Source: Azolla caroliniana (Eukaryota; Plantae; Polypodiophyta). From it: a stretch of 64,000 bases of DNA. Below the pieces are notes generated by a model. It worked only from the letters and a program-made list of their open reading frames with translations, ran no database searches and was not told the DNA's origin. Shown in pieces: positions 23,451-35,285 of the stretch. The position numbers were made by a program, and so were the translations under genes. Position 1 is the first letter of the stretch, and every line of letters starts with the position of its first letter. The stretch spans positions 9,920,001 through 9,984,000 of the forward strand of contig JBHGNT010000010.1 of assembly GCA_043228905.1 (NCBI GenBank), in the 5' to 3' direction.

Positions 23451-24068
23451 GGTTTTCTAAGACCGAGGGTTTAGGGAACTCAAAAATTATTGGCTGTAGA
23501 AGAGTATGTGATGCATGTGTCTTGTTTTTATTGCTTAATCAGATTTCATACGATGATTAAGTTCATAATTTGTGGGTTTCTTAGATCAAGGGTTTAGGGA
23601 ATTTGAAAATTATTGACTATGGAAGAGTAAATGATGTATTTGTCTTGTTTTAATTGTTGAATTGGAGTCCATATGGTGATTAGGTTCATAAATTATAGGT
23701 TTCTTAGATCAAGGTTTAGGGAAATGAAAAATAATTGATTGTAGAAGAGTTTGTGATGTATTCGTTTGGTTTTTATGGCTGAATTAGAATCCATATGTCA
23801 ATTAGGTTTACAAATTATGGGTGTCTTAGTCCGTGGGTTTAGGGAATTCAAAATTTATTGATTATGGAAGAGTATGTGGTGTATTGGTCTTGTTTTTATG
23901 GCTGAATTAGAGTTCATATATCGATTAGGTTCATAAATTATGGGTTTCTTAGTCTGAGGGTTAAGGGAATCCGAAAATTATTAACTGTGGAAGAGTATGT
24001 GATGTATTTGTCTTGCTTTTATTGCTGAATTTAACTCTATATGGTGATTAAGTTCATAAATTATGGGT
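23451..24068. repeat. Diverged ~123-bp tandem repeat x5, each unit with a TTTAGGG-like motif
   Basis: TTTAGGG at 23470, 23593, 23715 and 23838, TTAAGGG at 23961, each followed by shared GAAGAGTA...GTCTTGTTTT...GGTTCATAAATT. Confidence 0.85.
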
Positions 24069-24147
24069 CCAATCCGGTATTGATTCTCAAACATATAATA
24101 ACTATTTGAACCCACTTGAGGTCTAGTATACATTCCACCTATTTGAT

Positions 24148-24602
24148 TATTATAGATCTTGATACTAACGTAAGCTTAAGATAAGGATAATGAAAAGATA
24201 GATAGAAAGGAGAAAGAGAAAGAAGGGTGCCGATCCACCCGACCACCCCCGAGCGAAGGGATCGAGACGGACTCGAGCCTCGATCGGCGTCCCATACCAC
24301 TGCCGTGGCGTCGAGTCGTACCTGGTGCTGGCGCGCTCGCTACAAGAGTTGACCCACCACACGAGCAGAGTCTCGATGTAGTCAAAAGATCATCCAATGA
24401 GGGTAGCTAGGCCTCTTATTTATAGTCATACCCAAGGCCCCCAGGCAACTTCACACTTGACCTAATGGGTTGTCTCAATCCCGAGGATTAAAAGTAATCC
24501 TCCCCTTCTTTACACTCTCATTTAACCCTCACACTTATCCACGTGTATAGAATACTACGGTAAATTCTTACCACGGGATATTATATGGTCATGCCCGTAA
24601 CA
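24148..24602 (-). repeat. 3' LTR (455 bp)
   Basis: Near-identical to 30711-31164; adjacent to the PPT. Confidence 0.95.
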
Positions 24603-27600
24603 TACTCCCCCTCTTTAAAACATTGCACTCTTGCAATGGAAAGTTAGGGAAGTTAGTTCTAAGAGTATTTTCGCGTTCCCATGTGGCATCTTTTATTGAT
24701 TTATCCATCCATTTTATTTTGAATTCTCGGATTTCTTTAGTACGTAATTTTTTTGTTTTAACATCGAGAATTCTTTCTGGCACATGTGGTTTAGAAGATA
24801 ATTCTTCAGAAGTAACCAGAGTTTCAGTCGTAACTGTATTGTCGCCAGAACCTAGAAGTTCTTTTAGACGACTCACATGAAAGACTGGATGAATTCCGAC
24901 ACCATCGGGAAGAGCGAGACGATAGGCTGATGACCCAATGCGTTTGAGGACTGTAAAAGGTCCACAAAACCGTGGGGCTAACTTAGCGCACTTACCCGTA
25001 GACAATGTCTTAGAATTGTGAGGTACACGTAAAAATACCTTCTGTCCAAGGTTGAATACACGAGGTTGCCTATGATGATCGGCATAAAAACGCGCTCTAT
25101 CTTGAGCTGTTTTTATATTATCTCGTGCAATATGCAACATATCTTGCATATCCCGAAGAAATTTTTGCGTACTTCGCAACTCATCATGATGTATATTAAC
25201 ATCAATCGGGGCTCGTGGCTGAAAACCATACATCAACATAAAAGGACTATATCCCGTCGACGTATGCTTGGAGCTGTTATAAGCAAACTCCAAAATTGGG
25301 AGATAACGTTCCCATTTTGTTGGTTTTGCACCAACGTATGCTCGAAGCATGTCCTCAATAATTTGATTTACTCGTTCTATCTATCCATCGGATTGAGGAT
25401 GATCCGTGGAGCTCATGCTCAACGTAGTTTCTAACTTCTTAAAGACTTGTGTCCAGAAGTCACTAGTAAACTTTGGATCTCGATCACTCACGATATCCAT
25501 CGGTAACCCATAAAAACGAAACAATTCGTCAACAAATTGGTAAGCCATTTCAGGAGCTGTTACCGTGGTTTTAGTAGCAATAAATCTGGCCATTTTAGTT
25601 AGTCGATCAATGACAACCCAGATGGCATCATGACCTTTTTGGGTGCGAGGAAGGCTAACAATAAAATCCATGGATATACTTTCCCACTTATTATTGGGAA
25701 TGTCCAAGGGATGTAAAAGTCTTGCGGCTTTAAGTCGCTCGGCTTTGTTAACCTGGCACTGGTGACATTTAGTCACATAGCTATGTATGTCAGGACGCAT
25801 CTTAGGCCAATAAAATTGAGTGGAGATGAGAATGAGTGTACGATGTATTCCAGGGTGCCCTACTGAGGGTGCATCATGGCATTCAAAAAGAATCCTCTTT
25901 TTGACCTCAGGTAAATCTGGAACACAAACCTTCCCATTACGGTAGAGCAAACCGTTAGCAATGTGGAAGTATTCCTTCGAGGATGTGGTGGTGTCTGTTC
26001 CAGACTCAACTCTTGCCCAGTATTTTGCGAAATAACTGTCATCAGGATACTTTCCTCGAAGGTGATCATAAAGATCTGATGATATTGCAGTGAAGCTAAG
26101 CATGTTAACTTCACGGATGCGACTTAGTGCATCAGCGACAGTGTTCATGGAACCTTTACGATATCGTATGGAAAAATCAAAGTCCTGGATGAGATCAGCC
26201 CATCGTGCCTTACGACCTTTCAGGTCTTGTTGGTCACAAAAATATTTCAAGGACTCGTGGTCCGTAGTTACCACAAAGTGATTTCCATAAAGATAATGGC
26301 GCCATGTTTTGAGCGCATGTATAACTGCAAATAATTCCTTTTCTTGAACGGTATACCGACATTGAGCAGAATCAAGTTTCTTACTCTTGAATGCTATTGG
26401 TTTACCATCTTGATACAAGACAGCACCTATAGCATAATCGCTTGCATCGGTTTCAACCTCAAAAGGTTTTGAAGGATCGGGTAAAAGAAGTGAAGGAGCC
26501 TTGCAAACCAGGTCCTTGAGTTCCTTAAAGGCAAGGTCTAGTGTAGCATTCCACACAATAGGTTTTGTAGACTTACGCGTTTGACCTTTTAAAAGATCAG
26601 TAAACGGCGTCGTCAATTGGGAGTAATTACGAAGAGACTTTCGCAAAAACCCCACAAAACCAAGGAATGATCGAACTTCTCGAATATTCCGAAGAGTGGG
26701 CCAAAGCTTGATTTTCTCAATGCGAGAAGGATCAATTTCAACTCCTCGTTCGGTTATGAGATGTCCAAGAGAAGTAATTGATTTCTTGAAGAACTCACAT
26801 TTTGAGATCTTCGCATAAAACTGTTTGTCACGCAATGTTTGTAAAACAAAGCGGACATGTCTAGCATGTTCTTGTAATGTACGGCTATAAACTAAAATAT
26901 CATCCAAGAAAATAACGACAAATTTTCCAAGTTGTTCTCGGAAAATGTCATTCATTTCTTGTTGAAAAGTAGTCGAAGCATTGGTCAAACCAAAAGGCAT
27001 AACCAAAAACTCGTAATGGCCATAGTGCGTACGAAATGCCGTTTTAGGAACATCGTCCTCACTTATTCGTATTTGATGGTAGCCAGTACGGAGATCAAGT
27101 TTCGTAAAATACCTAGCTCCCTGGAGACGGTCAATTAGATCATCAGCCCGGGGCAATGGATACGAATTCTTGATCGTCACTTTATTCAAGCGTCGGTAAT
27201 TAATACACATACGCCATGTGCCCTCTTTCTTTTTAACCAAGAGAACTGGTGCACCCCATGGAGATTTACTATAACGTATATAACCCATTCGTAAATAGTC
27301 CTTGAGTTGCTTAGATACCTCATCTTCTTCGGATCGACTTAAGCGATACGGAGGTATACTTATTGGTGCAACACTAGGTACAATATCTATACGATGGTCT
27401 ATATTACGTTTAGGAGGTAACCCATCAGGTAGTTCACTTGGAAAAACATCATGAAAATCATTTAAGATTTCATCAAGTTGTTGTTGTTCAAAATATGTTA
27501 ATTGAATCGGGACATTATCGATATTGTAAACGTGAATGTCCGGATCAAGTACACAATAAAATAACGTAGAACAAGACAACTCGGATATTGATGGACACGA

Positions 27601-29022
27601 GGAAACAATCGAGAGGGATTGTTTTTTTACACATTGAATAAAATGCGTACAATCGTTCAGTACAAAAGAAATGGAATGACGAACCCAATCAATAAATAAA
27701 GAAGAGTTTTTATTATAAAACCAGGGATAACCCAGTATTACATCGGTGGTACAAAGATTCATTACATGGAAGTCTACTTCCTCTATATAAGTATCAATAG
27801 AAATTCCTAATGAATGAATCGCCCCGTTGATGTATTGTACTCTTCCATCAGCCAAGTGCACCGTGTAGGTGTGATCACTTATGGTGGGTTGGATTCCCCA
27901 TATCTGAACCAAACGATCATTCACAAAATTGTGTGAGCTTCCTGAATCAAATAAAAATTGTACGGGAGATCCATTGATATACCCGTTTGCACGTAGTAAA
28001 TCATTGGGACCCAATACATAGTGAGGGAAAGAACATTGACAATTACTTAAATGATGTGTATAGACCTGAAGGACATTAGGAATCTGACCTTTATGGTCTG
28101 CAGCTTTAGCTTTGTTGTCGTGCTCTTTCCGTTGGAGCTTTCGACATTGATCTTTTGTATGACCCTTCTTTTTGCAGAATACACAAAAAGGATGTTGTCG
28201 CTTACAATCGCGATCCAGGAATTCGTTGGGTGTCTTGCGTTTCCCAACAAATTGCGACTGCTTAGTCCCGGGCGCTTCGTTGGGTTTGTTATGGTCCTTC
28301 TTCGAAGTGCGTTGATAGCGAAGAACTATTTCAACGACCTCTTCGAAGGATTTTGGATCCTTATCGTGCACTATCCAGTGATAGTCCGAATTGGGGATGC
28401 CATTGACAAAACAAGCTATCAACCAATTGTCCCCTTCTAGACCCGATTTTTGGATTTGGGTTCTAGCATGGTGAACATAGTCTTCTAGCGAGGAAAATTT
28501 CCTGCTAGAGAGGTTCATTAAAGCTTGTGCTGCCTCGGTTCGAGAGGGAGGTTGCAGAAATTGGCCCTTAAAAACCGTGACAAAATCTGTCCAGGTATCG
28601 GGCAATTTCCCCATAGTACGGAGGCCACGCCACCAGGCGGCGGCCTTACCCCCGAGTTCTCGACCGACATATGCAATCTTCGTACTATCTGGCGTGGGAT
28701 AGAGCTCAAAATGAGACTCCCATCGTCCCAGCCATGTGCAGATTGCTTCTTCGGTTCTTTCCTTTTTGTCTCCCGTAAATGGCTTAACGACAAATGATGG
28801 TTCACCTTGTCGCTCATCAGGTCTATTAGTCTCACGTTGTAGACTAATGACGCGTGCCTCAAGAGCACTCTGAGATTGCCGAAGTTCGGTCATCTGTTGA
28901 GCGGTGAAACTAAGGTATTGGGTTATTTGTGCCAAATACATCTCAGTGGACATTTGTCCAGGAGGATTCCCTTGAGTTCCTTCCGCTTGAGCGGATGACA
29001 TCGGGTCGTTAATTTGAGCCAT
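24589..29022 (-). pseudogene. Single-frame gag-pol (GAG-PR-RT-RH-INT-chromodomain), 1477 codons with one nonsense codon
   Basis: [35 protein letters not shown] integrase, GPF, chromodomain PERILD...FKIKW...ATWE; one TAG at 25381-25383 in PQSDG*IER. Confidence 0.93.
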
Positions 29023-30710
29023 TAAAGATTATTTCTGGAAAAGAAATAGGATAAGGTCAGAGATATAGTCATAACATCATGTCGTGATGTAAACATATCA
29101 TGGGCGAGCATTAATCGATATCATTATCTCACGTCAATACCCCTCTAGACGTATGAGATGAGGTTCAAGATCAGGTTACTATGGTAACACAAAGGTGTTT
29201 TAAAAACCATGGGGGTGACAAATAAATGTCTTTCCTTGATCTCTATATTGATTTTTTCATGGTGGCTCCCCGAGGCTCAACCATGTATGTTCGCGTCATG
29301 AATAGTTTATACACAAAAAAAATGTTAATAATAAACTATGTTTCGGTGCCCACATATGTGGTTTCGGCTCTTTAAGTCCTATTACGAGGACCCCGAGGTG
29401 CACTTAGACCTTAAGTCTAAACATGTGTTATAGTCATATGTATCAAGGATATTGTATGGTCTTGGTCATATTTGAACTCGAGACCTCGAGAACAAATACA
29501 TTAAACACTTGAGCCAACCAAGTAAGTTGCTCTTCTCGAATGCTTAATGTTTGATGCGTATAAGAGATATGCGAGGCAATTGATCATATATGTTTTTTTA
29601 AAAGAACATATATGTCAAGGGTCCTTATTTCGCCCTCATTTACCAAAACTATGTTGGTACGTTACCTAACCTCAAGTCTCGTAATTACGATGGCATACGC
29701 CAAAGTGCAACCTAATGGTGAAGCCAAATGAGCCCTTGTTTCGTAGTAGGCTCACGTGGGCCATCACATGGTCACGTCATTACGAATGCCTCTCGTAAGA
29801 ACGAGCTCATGGTGGCATCGTATCCATGTAACGAGGGAGGGATGTTGGATACGCACGTCATTGGAGCGACCTCACTTGAAGTGGGTCAAGCCCTACGTAC
29901 TCAACATCATTTTGGCTATTGGCGTTTCTTTACGTAACGAAATCGAGGTCGTCAACGGGGTTATCAACAATAAAAAAATGTTGAAAAAGGGATGGTGACA
30001 ACGCCATTCTCACAAAAATGTAAGGACGGCCACCAACATCCTTTTCCCGACCATGACAACTTTCGATATAATCACGTAATAACGAATATACACATATGTT
30101 TACTTATCACATATATATGATCAAATACGTATATATGTGACCACATATGCCTATATTAAACATATCGTTATAGTAAATAGCCACAAATGATGTGATCGAG
30201 ATACGTAATCGAGGTATATACCTCTATGCACACGAAACATCCACAAATAAGAGATCATCGTAATACGCAATAGAGGTATTGACCTCTTACGCATACGAGA
30301 CCAAACGCATATCGTTTACAACAAATTAAGGTATTAAACTCATACGCAAACGTAACATATGTTCGTGAACGTAATACGTAATTGAGGTATTAACCTCGTA
30401 CGCATACGACACTCATCACATATTATTAATATGTCAAACGAGGTATTGACCTCGTGCACATATGTAAACGTTTTAGATAATCAATTAAAGACCACTACAA
30501 CATCATTGATTTAATGAAAAAAATTACATATAAACTAAACACATGATTAGATGGGAGAAGAGAGAATAGAAAGAAAAATTATGGAAAGAGTTACCGAAGT
30601 TCTTTGTTGATCGTTGTCTGGATCAAGGCCAACCGCACAACGATCGATCAGCATCAATCAAAAGACAAATGAAAAACAAAGAAACATTAGTACAAAAATC
30701 TGATACCAAA

Positions 30711-31164
30711 TATTATAGATCTTGATACTAACGTAAGCTTAAGATAAGGATAATGAAAAGATAGATAGAAAGGAGAAAGAGAAAGAAGGGTGCCGATCCA
30801 CCCGACCACCCCCGAGCGAAGGGATCGAGACGGACTCGAGCCTCGATCGGCGTCCCATACCACCGCCGTGGCGTCGAGTCGTACCTGGTGCTGGCGCGCT
30901 CGCTACAAGAGTTGACCCACCACACGAGCAGAGTCTCGATGTAGTCAAAAGATCATCCAATGAGGGTAGCTAGGCCTCTTATTTATAGTCATACCCAAGG
31001 CCCCCAGGCAACTTCACACTTGACCTAATGGGTTGTCTCAATCCCGAGGATTAAAGTAATCCTCCCCTTCTTTACACTCTCATTTAACCCTCACACTTAT
31101 CCACGTGTATAGAATACTACGGTAAATTCTTATCACGGGATATTATATGGTCATGCCCGTAACA
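30711..31164 (-). repeat. 5' LTR (454 bp)
   Basis: Near-identical to 24148-24602; adjacent to the tRNA-Met PBS. Confidence 0.95.
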
Positions 31165-31199
31165 TTGATGATAGGACATTAATACCAAGATATTTGAAG

Positions 31200-34100
31200 C
31201 TTTGCACCAGTAATATTAGTTCTCCCTTGGCTTTAAAAATGGGGTTATACTATCTTTATTAACATCTTTTTTCTTGTCCATGTTAGTAATTAGCCCCTTC
31301 AAACAACTTCCAACGAAAAAGGGACTCTTTATTATTTTGCTAATCAGATGGGCGGGATAGTGGACCCATCCTATCTCCCATTGACCGTATTTATGGAGAC
31401 GAGGCCCTATAAACAAAGGGAGGTTGGTGTCACATAACTCCAAGCACGACTTTCTCCGATCACTACCCAGTAATCGGTCATTTTCAATTGCACCAAAAGT
31501 AGGGCTCATTCCAGCCTCGAATCCCGCACACTATCTGTTTACACAATCATAGAGGTGAAGGAACAACTAACCACCTAATGGTCATTACCCGTCAATGACT
31601 CATCGTCATCCGACAAACTTTTAGTTAAACTAACAAGAGCTTCAAATCTATTACACGAGCTCTTCAAGACCAGAAGTAAGGATGCTAAGGAAAAGTAATA
31701 GAGGACAAAACGGGGACTAATAGCCTTACAACGACTGCAACTGAGATACTCGTCATGTAATTGTATTGTGGGATAGGTTGCCATGGCCAAACAAAAACTC
31801 ATCATGGCAAAAAAAGGAAATCTATGACATGGAGTTTCATGAAAGCATGGGTCGTTAGATTAGAGTACACGAAGGAATTCTTTTGATCCAAGGGACCGAG
31901 GCACGCTAGAATAGTCATGTGTAGCCTCAACTGAGTGTTAGGAATCGATCGGCCACAATCGGTTACACGTTCGTATTTGTGTGCAGAAACCAAGAATTAG
32001 TACACAGACATAGAAACACCGATATTTTACGTGGAAAACCCGAAATGGGAAAAAACCACGGGGGTCCACAAACCCTGAGAAAAATAGATCACTATGGTAG
32101 AGAGGAAGTGCAAATATGGAACTCAGAGGCACTAGTCTGCAACCGATCGATGTCATCAGACATACATCTACAATGTCGACAATTCGGCATGCTCATTCAT
32201 TTCCCATCTTTACAGATCCGAGGTCTCCTGCTCTATAGGATGAGAAGCACTTTCGGTCAGGGGTTAGGTGAAACGACGCACCCGAATAGAGTCCCACCCA
32301 TGTCAATTCTTCGCTTGCGAGATTCACTTCGTTTTGCTCACTAATGAGCTACAACTCTTCCTCACTCCCGGATTGCTAAGTGTTCTTCCTGTCCGGGATT
32401 TTCTTCGGCTCTACACCATCAGCTCCCCCTTTCTCCTTTCGAAAGTGTCGGCAACTTTTTTGGAAGCGCCCCAGCTTCCCACAGTAGAAGCACGTGGGTC
32501 TCCCCCTCAACTTCGACTTGGTCCCCGACTTATCTCGGTTTTGGGGACTTTGATTTCGGATTCTTCCCCGAATCATGTCACCTTCTGTGACTAAGGGCCT
32601 TCTAGTCGGTATTGGACTCTCGGTCCTTCCGGCGAGCTTCTTCGTTTAGCAAGCTTGACTTCACTTGCTCTAGGGATAGGTGTTTCCCTTCCGGTCCCGT
32701 GTTGTCCAACGTGACAACCAACGTTTCCCAACTGTCCGGAAGGGATCCCAACAACAATAGTGCTAATACCTCGTCGGCCAGAGGTACTTCTAGAGAGGTG
32801 GATTGGTTCATCAATCCTTGGAAGGCATTGATGTGCTCCGCCATACTAGAGCCATCTTGATACTGGAGTCTCACAATTTTTCGAAATACTGAGACTCGGT
32901 TCACAACATTCTTGTTTTCAAACATGATGTCGATCTTCTTCCATAGGACGTTTGCTTCTGTTTCTTCGCCGAAGTTGTTGTATAGACTCATGTCTATAAA
33001 ACACCTTATATATGTGGCCGCCCTCAAATGCAACACTTCCCAAGTTGCAGCATCGATCTTGTCTGGTCTTTTATCTCCGAACTGCACCGGCAGCCAAAGG
33101 TCTTTGCACACGAGCATGTCTCTCATCTTCGACTTCCACACTGAGTAGTTAGCGCCAATTAGCTTAAACATGCCGCCAAAAGAGTCTTCCATTGCTCTAA
33201 TACCACTTTGTTAGGAATCGACTGGCCACAACCGGTTACACGTTCGTATTAGTGTGCAAAAACCAAGAATTAGTACATAGACAAAAAAACGTGAAGACAC
33301 AGAGACACCGATATTTTATCTGGAAACCCTAAAATGGGAAAAAACCATGGGGGTCCACAAATCTCGAGAAAAACAACTCACTATGGTAGAGAGGAAGTAC
33401 AAATACGGAACTCGGAGGCAACGACCTCGAGTTCTCTTTCGTTTGACAAATAGCTACAGAGTTACACTCTCACTCACGGTTACAAAGGCAACTACCTCGT
33501 TCTGACTTTACAATAATGGTCAACAACACTTTGCTAAAGTTTGCCCTAGTTGCTTATAAAAAAAAGTAACTTTCTGTCTATTTACAAGTATAGCCCCCAA
33601 GAGGCATTTTAGACTATTTACAATTATAGTCTTCCGAAATGATTTCGGTTTTCGATTTTGATTTTGATTTCGGCTGAGGCTAAGGCCGATTCTCTTCCCA
33701 TCCGGAGGGACCTATTTCCCAACACCGAGAGAATGAAACGACCACTGAGGATGGTGAATAAATGAGGAATATCGCCACAACCTACTATAAGCGACTACTT
33801 ACGAAGATAGTATGGCCACATGGGAAGAGACAAGAGAAGATATTATCCTCTAGAGCATACCCCAAAAAATCACGACGGAAATGAATACATGGCTCACATG
33901 TCCCTTGTCAATCATCGAAATATGGGAGGCACTCTTCAATTTGGATGCAAATAGCTACCCTGGAATCGATGGCCTCACCCCTCACTTTTTCACGAGCCTT
34001 TGGGACAATATTAAAGAAGACCTCCACCAAGCATATGAGGAGATTATCACCTCTTGAAACATGCCGGAGGAATTTGGATAGCGACGATACATCGCATTCC

Positions 34101-35285
34101 TAAAAGTGGTGGAAGTGCCAAAGACATTAGTAAGTGGCAGCCCATAACTCTTCTTAATATTGTATATAAGTTGCTCGCAAAAATCGTAACATATGAGGTT
34201 CGTTAGAAATCGGGGCATCCTAGGCAACCTTTTCTCATTCTAGGAAGTAGTAGCCCTTGCCAAGTGTACCAACAACAAGGTAGTTGTGGTGCTCCTAGAT
34301 TTTCAAAAACCATATGACAGGGTATGCTAGAAACTTTTAGAAAGTGTGATGGAGAAACTCGGCTTTCAAGACTCATGGATCAAAGGCACATCATGACTTT
34401 ATAGGAAGGCTAGCATGTGTGTTTCACTAACAGGTGAAAGGGGCCCCTTCTTCCAAATATCGTGATCTGTACAGTAGGGATGCCCATTGGTTCCATCCTT
34501 ATTCCTATTATACGTCAAAGCACTCTCTAGCTTTCTCAACTCGTGACATCTAAACCTATGTGGTCTTCCTGTGCTACACTCTCGCCAAAGCCGTAGAAGA
34601 CGTTAATATATCATCCGTTCTTCTTTCTTCTCACCAAAGCCTCCTGGATATAGAATTTAAAGATGACACAACAGGTATTACTCACAACATCATGGTACAA
34701 CGTATCATGTTGGAGAATATCCAAGGAAAGTATACACCAGATTCAACGACTAGTACACATCTACATTTGGTATGGTAAGGAAGATCACGCAACCCGGGCC
34801 AAGGTGGCATGGCCTATACTCACATCACATTAGTCGAGAGGAGGATTGGGTCTGATTGATCCCCTCTCACAATCCAAAACCCTACTTGCCAAATTTGTGG
34901 TGCGAGGACTCCAACCAGAGGATGACTATTGGAAAATGCTACCGAGGTTACATTTCACTTGCTTTAGGCCACAAAAAGGGGCCAATTGGGCCCCTCAAAC
35001 GGGATGTATTCTTAACATGGATCTCAAACCTAGTTTCTCACGCCAATTAGAGGATAGATTCAGCTCATCCATGTGGAAGGTGTGGTGCGACATTAGACAA
35101 AGGCTCAAGTGTGATCAACCTAATTCAAAACTTGCTTGGCTCAGTCAACACATCCTACGAAACCCATGTATTAGAGATGAATCTGGTCAACTAATTGGAT
35201 CAAGTAAGGGGTTGTCATGGGGATACATTGGAGAAGTTCCAAGAAAGAGTATAGAATGTTGGAGATGGTTTATGTCATTGTCAAT
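31200..35285 (+). mobile_element. Old degraded L1-type LINE ORF2, interrupted by copia insertions
   Basis: Endonuclease FSDHYPV ~31450; after 33730, PGIDG, WQPITLLNIVYKLLAK, LDFQKPYDRV, GCPL and GGLGLIDP motifs, collinear with the L1 at 57.6-61.9 kb. Confidence 0.75.
31936..33724 (-). mobile_element. Tnt1/Tork-like copia, internally deleted (gag only)
   Basis: 5' LTR 33209-33724; PBS TGGTATTAGAGC directly before the gag ATG at 33192; CFYCGKLGRFQKSC knuckle; truncated 3' LTR 31936-32131; TSD CTGAG/CCGAG. Confidence 0.88.

Larger units (their letters stand above)
24148..31164 (-). mobile_element. Young full-length Ty3/gypsy chromovirus
   Basis: LTRs 24148-24602 and 30711-31164 differ by about 2 substitutions and 1 indel; TSD TTGAT (24143-24147, 31165-31169); PBS TGGTATCAGA at 30699-30708; PPT at 24603-24616. 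Confidence 0.97.

Noticed and set aside
22588-23560. Poly-Met, poly-Gln/Glu and YIHT-repeat ORFs
   Set aside because: Translations of microsatellites or antisense to sigma exon 1
30201-30466. CRISPR array
   Set aside because: Repeats are degenerate, spacers short, no cas genes, and it lies inside a eukaryotic LTR element; kept as a hairpin array instead
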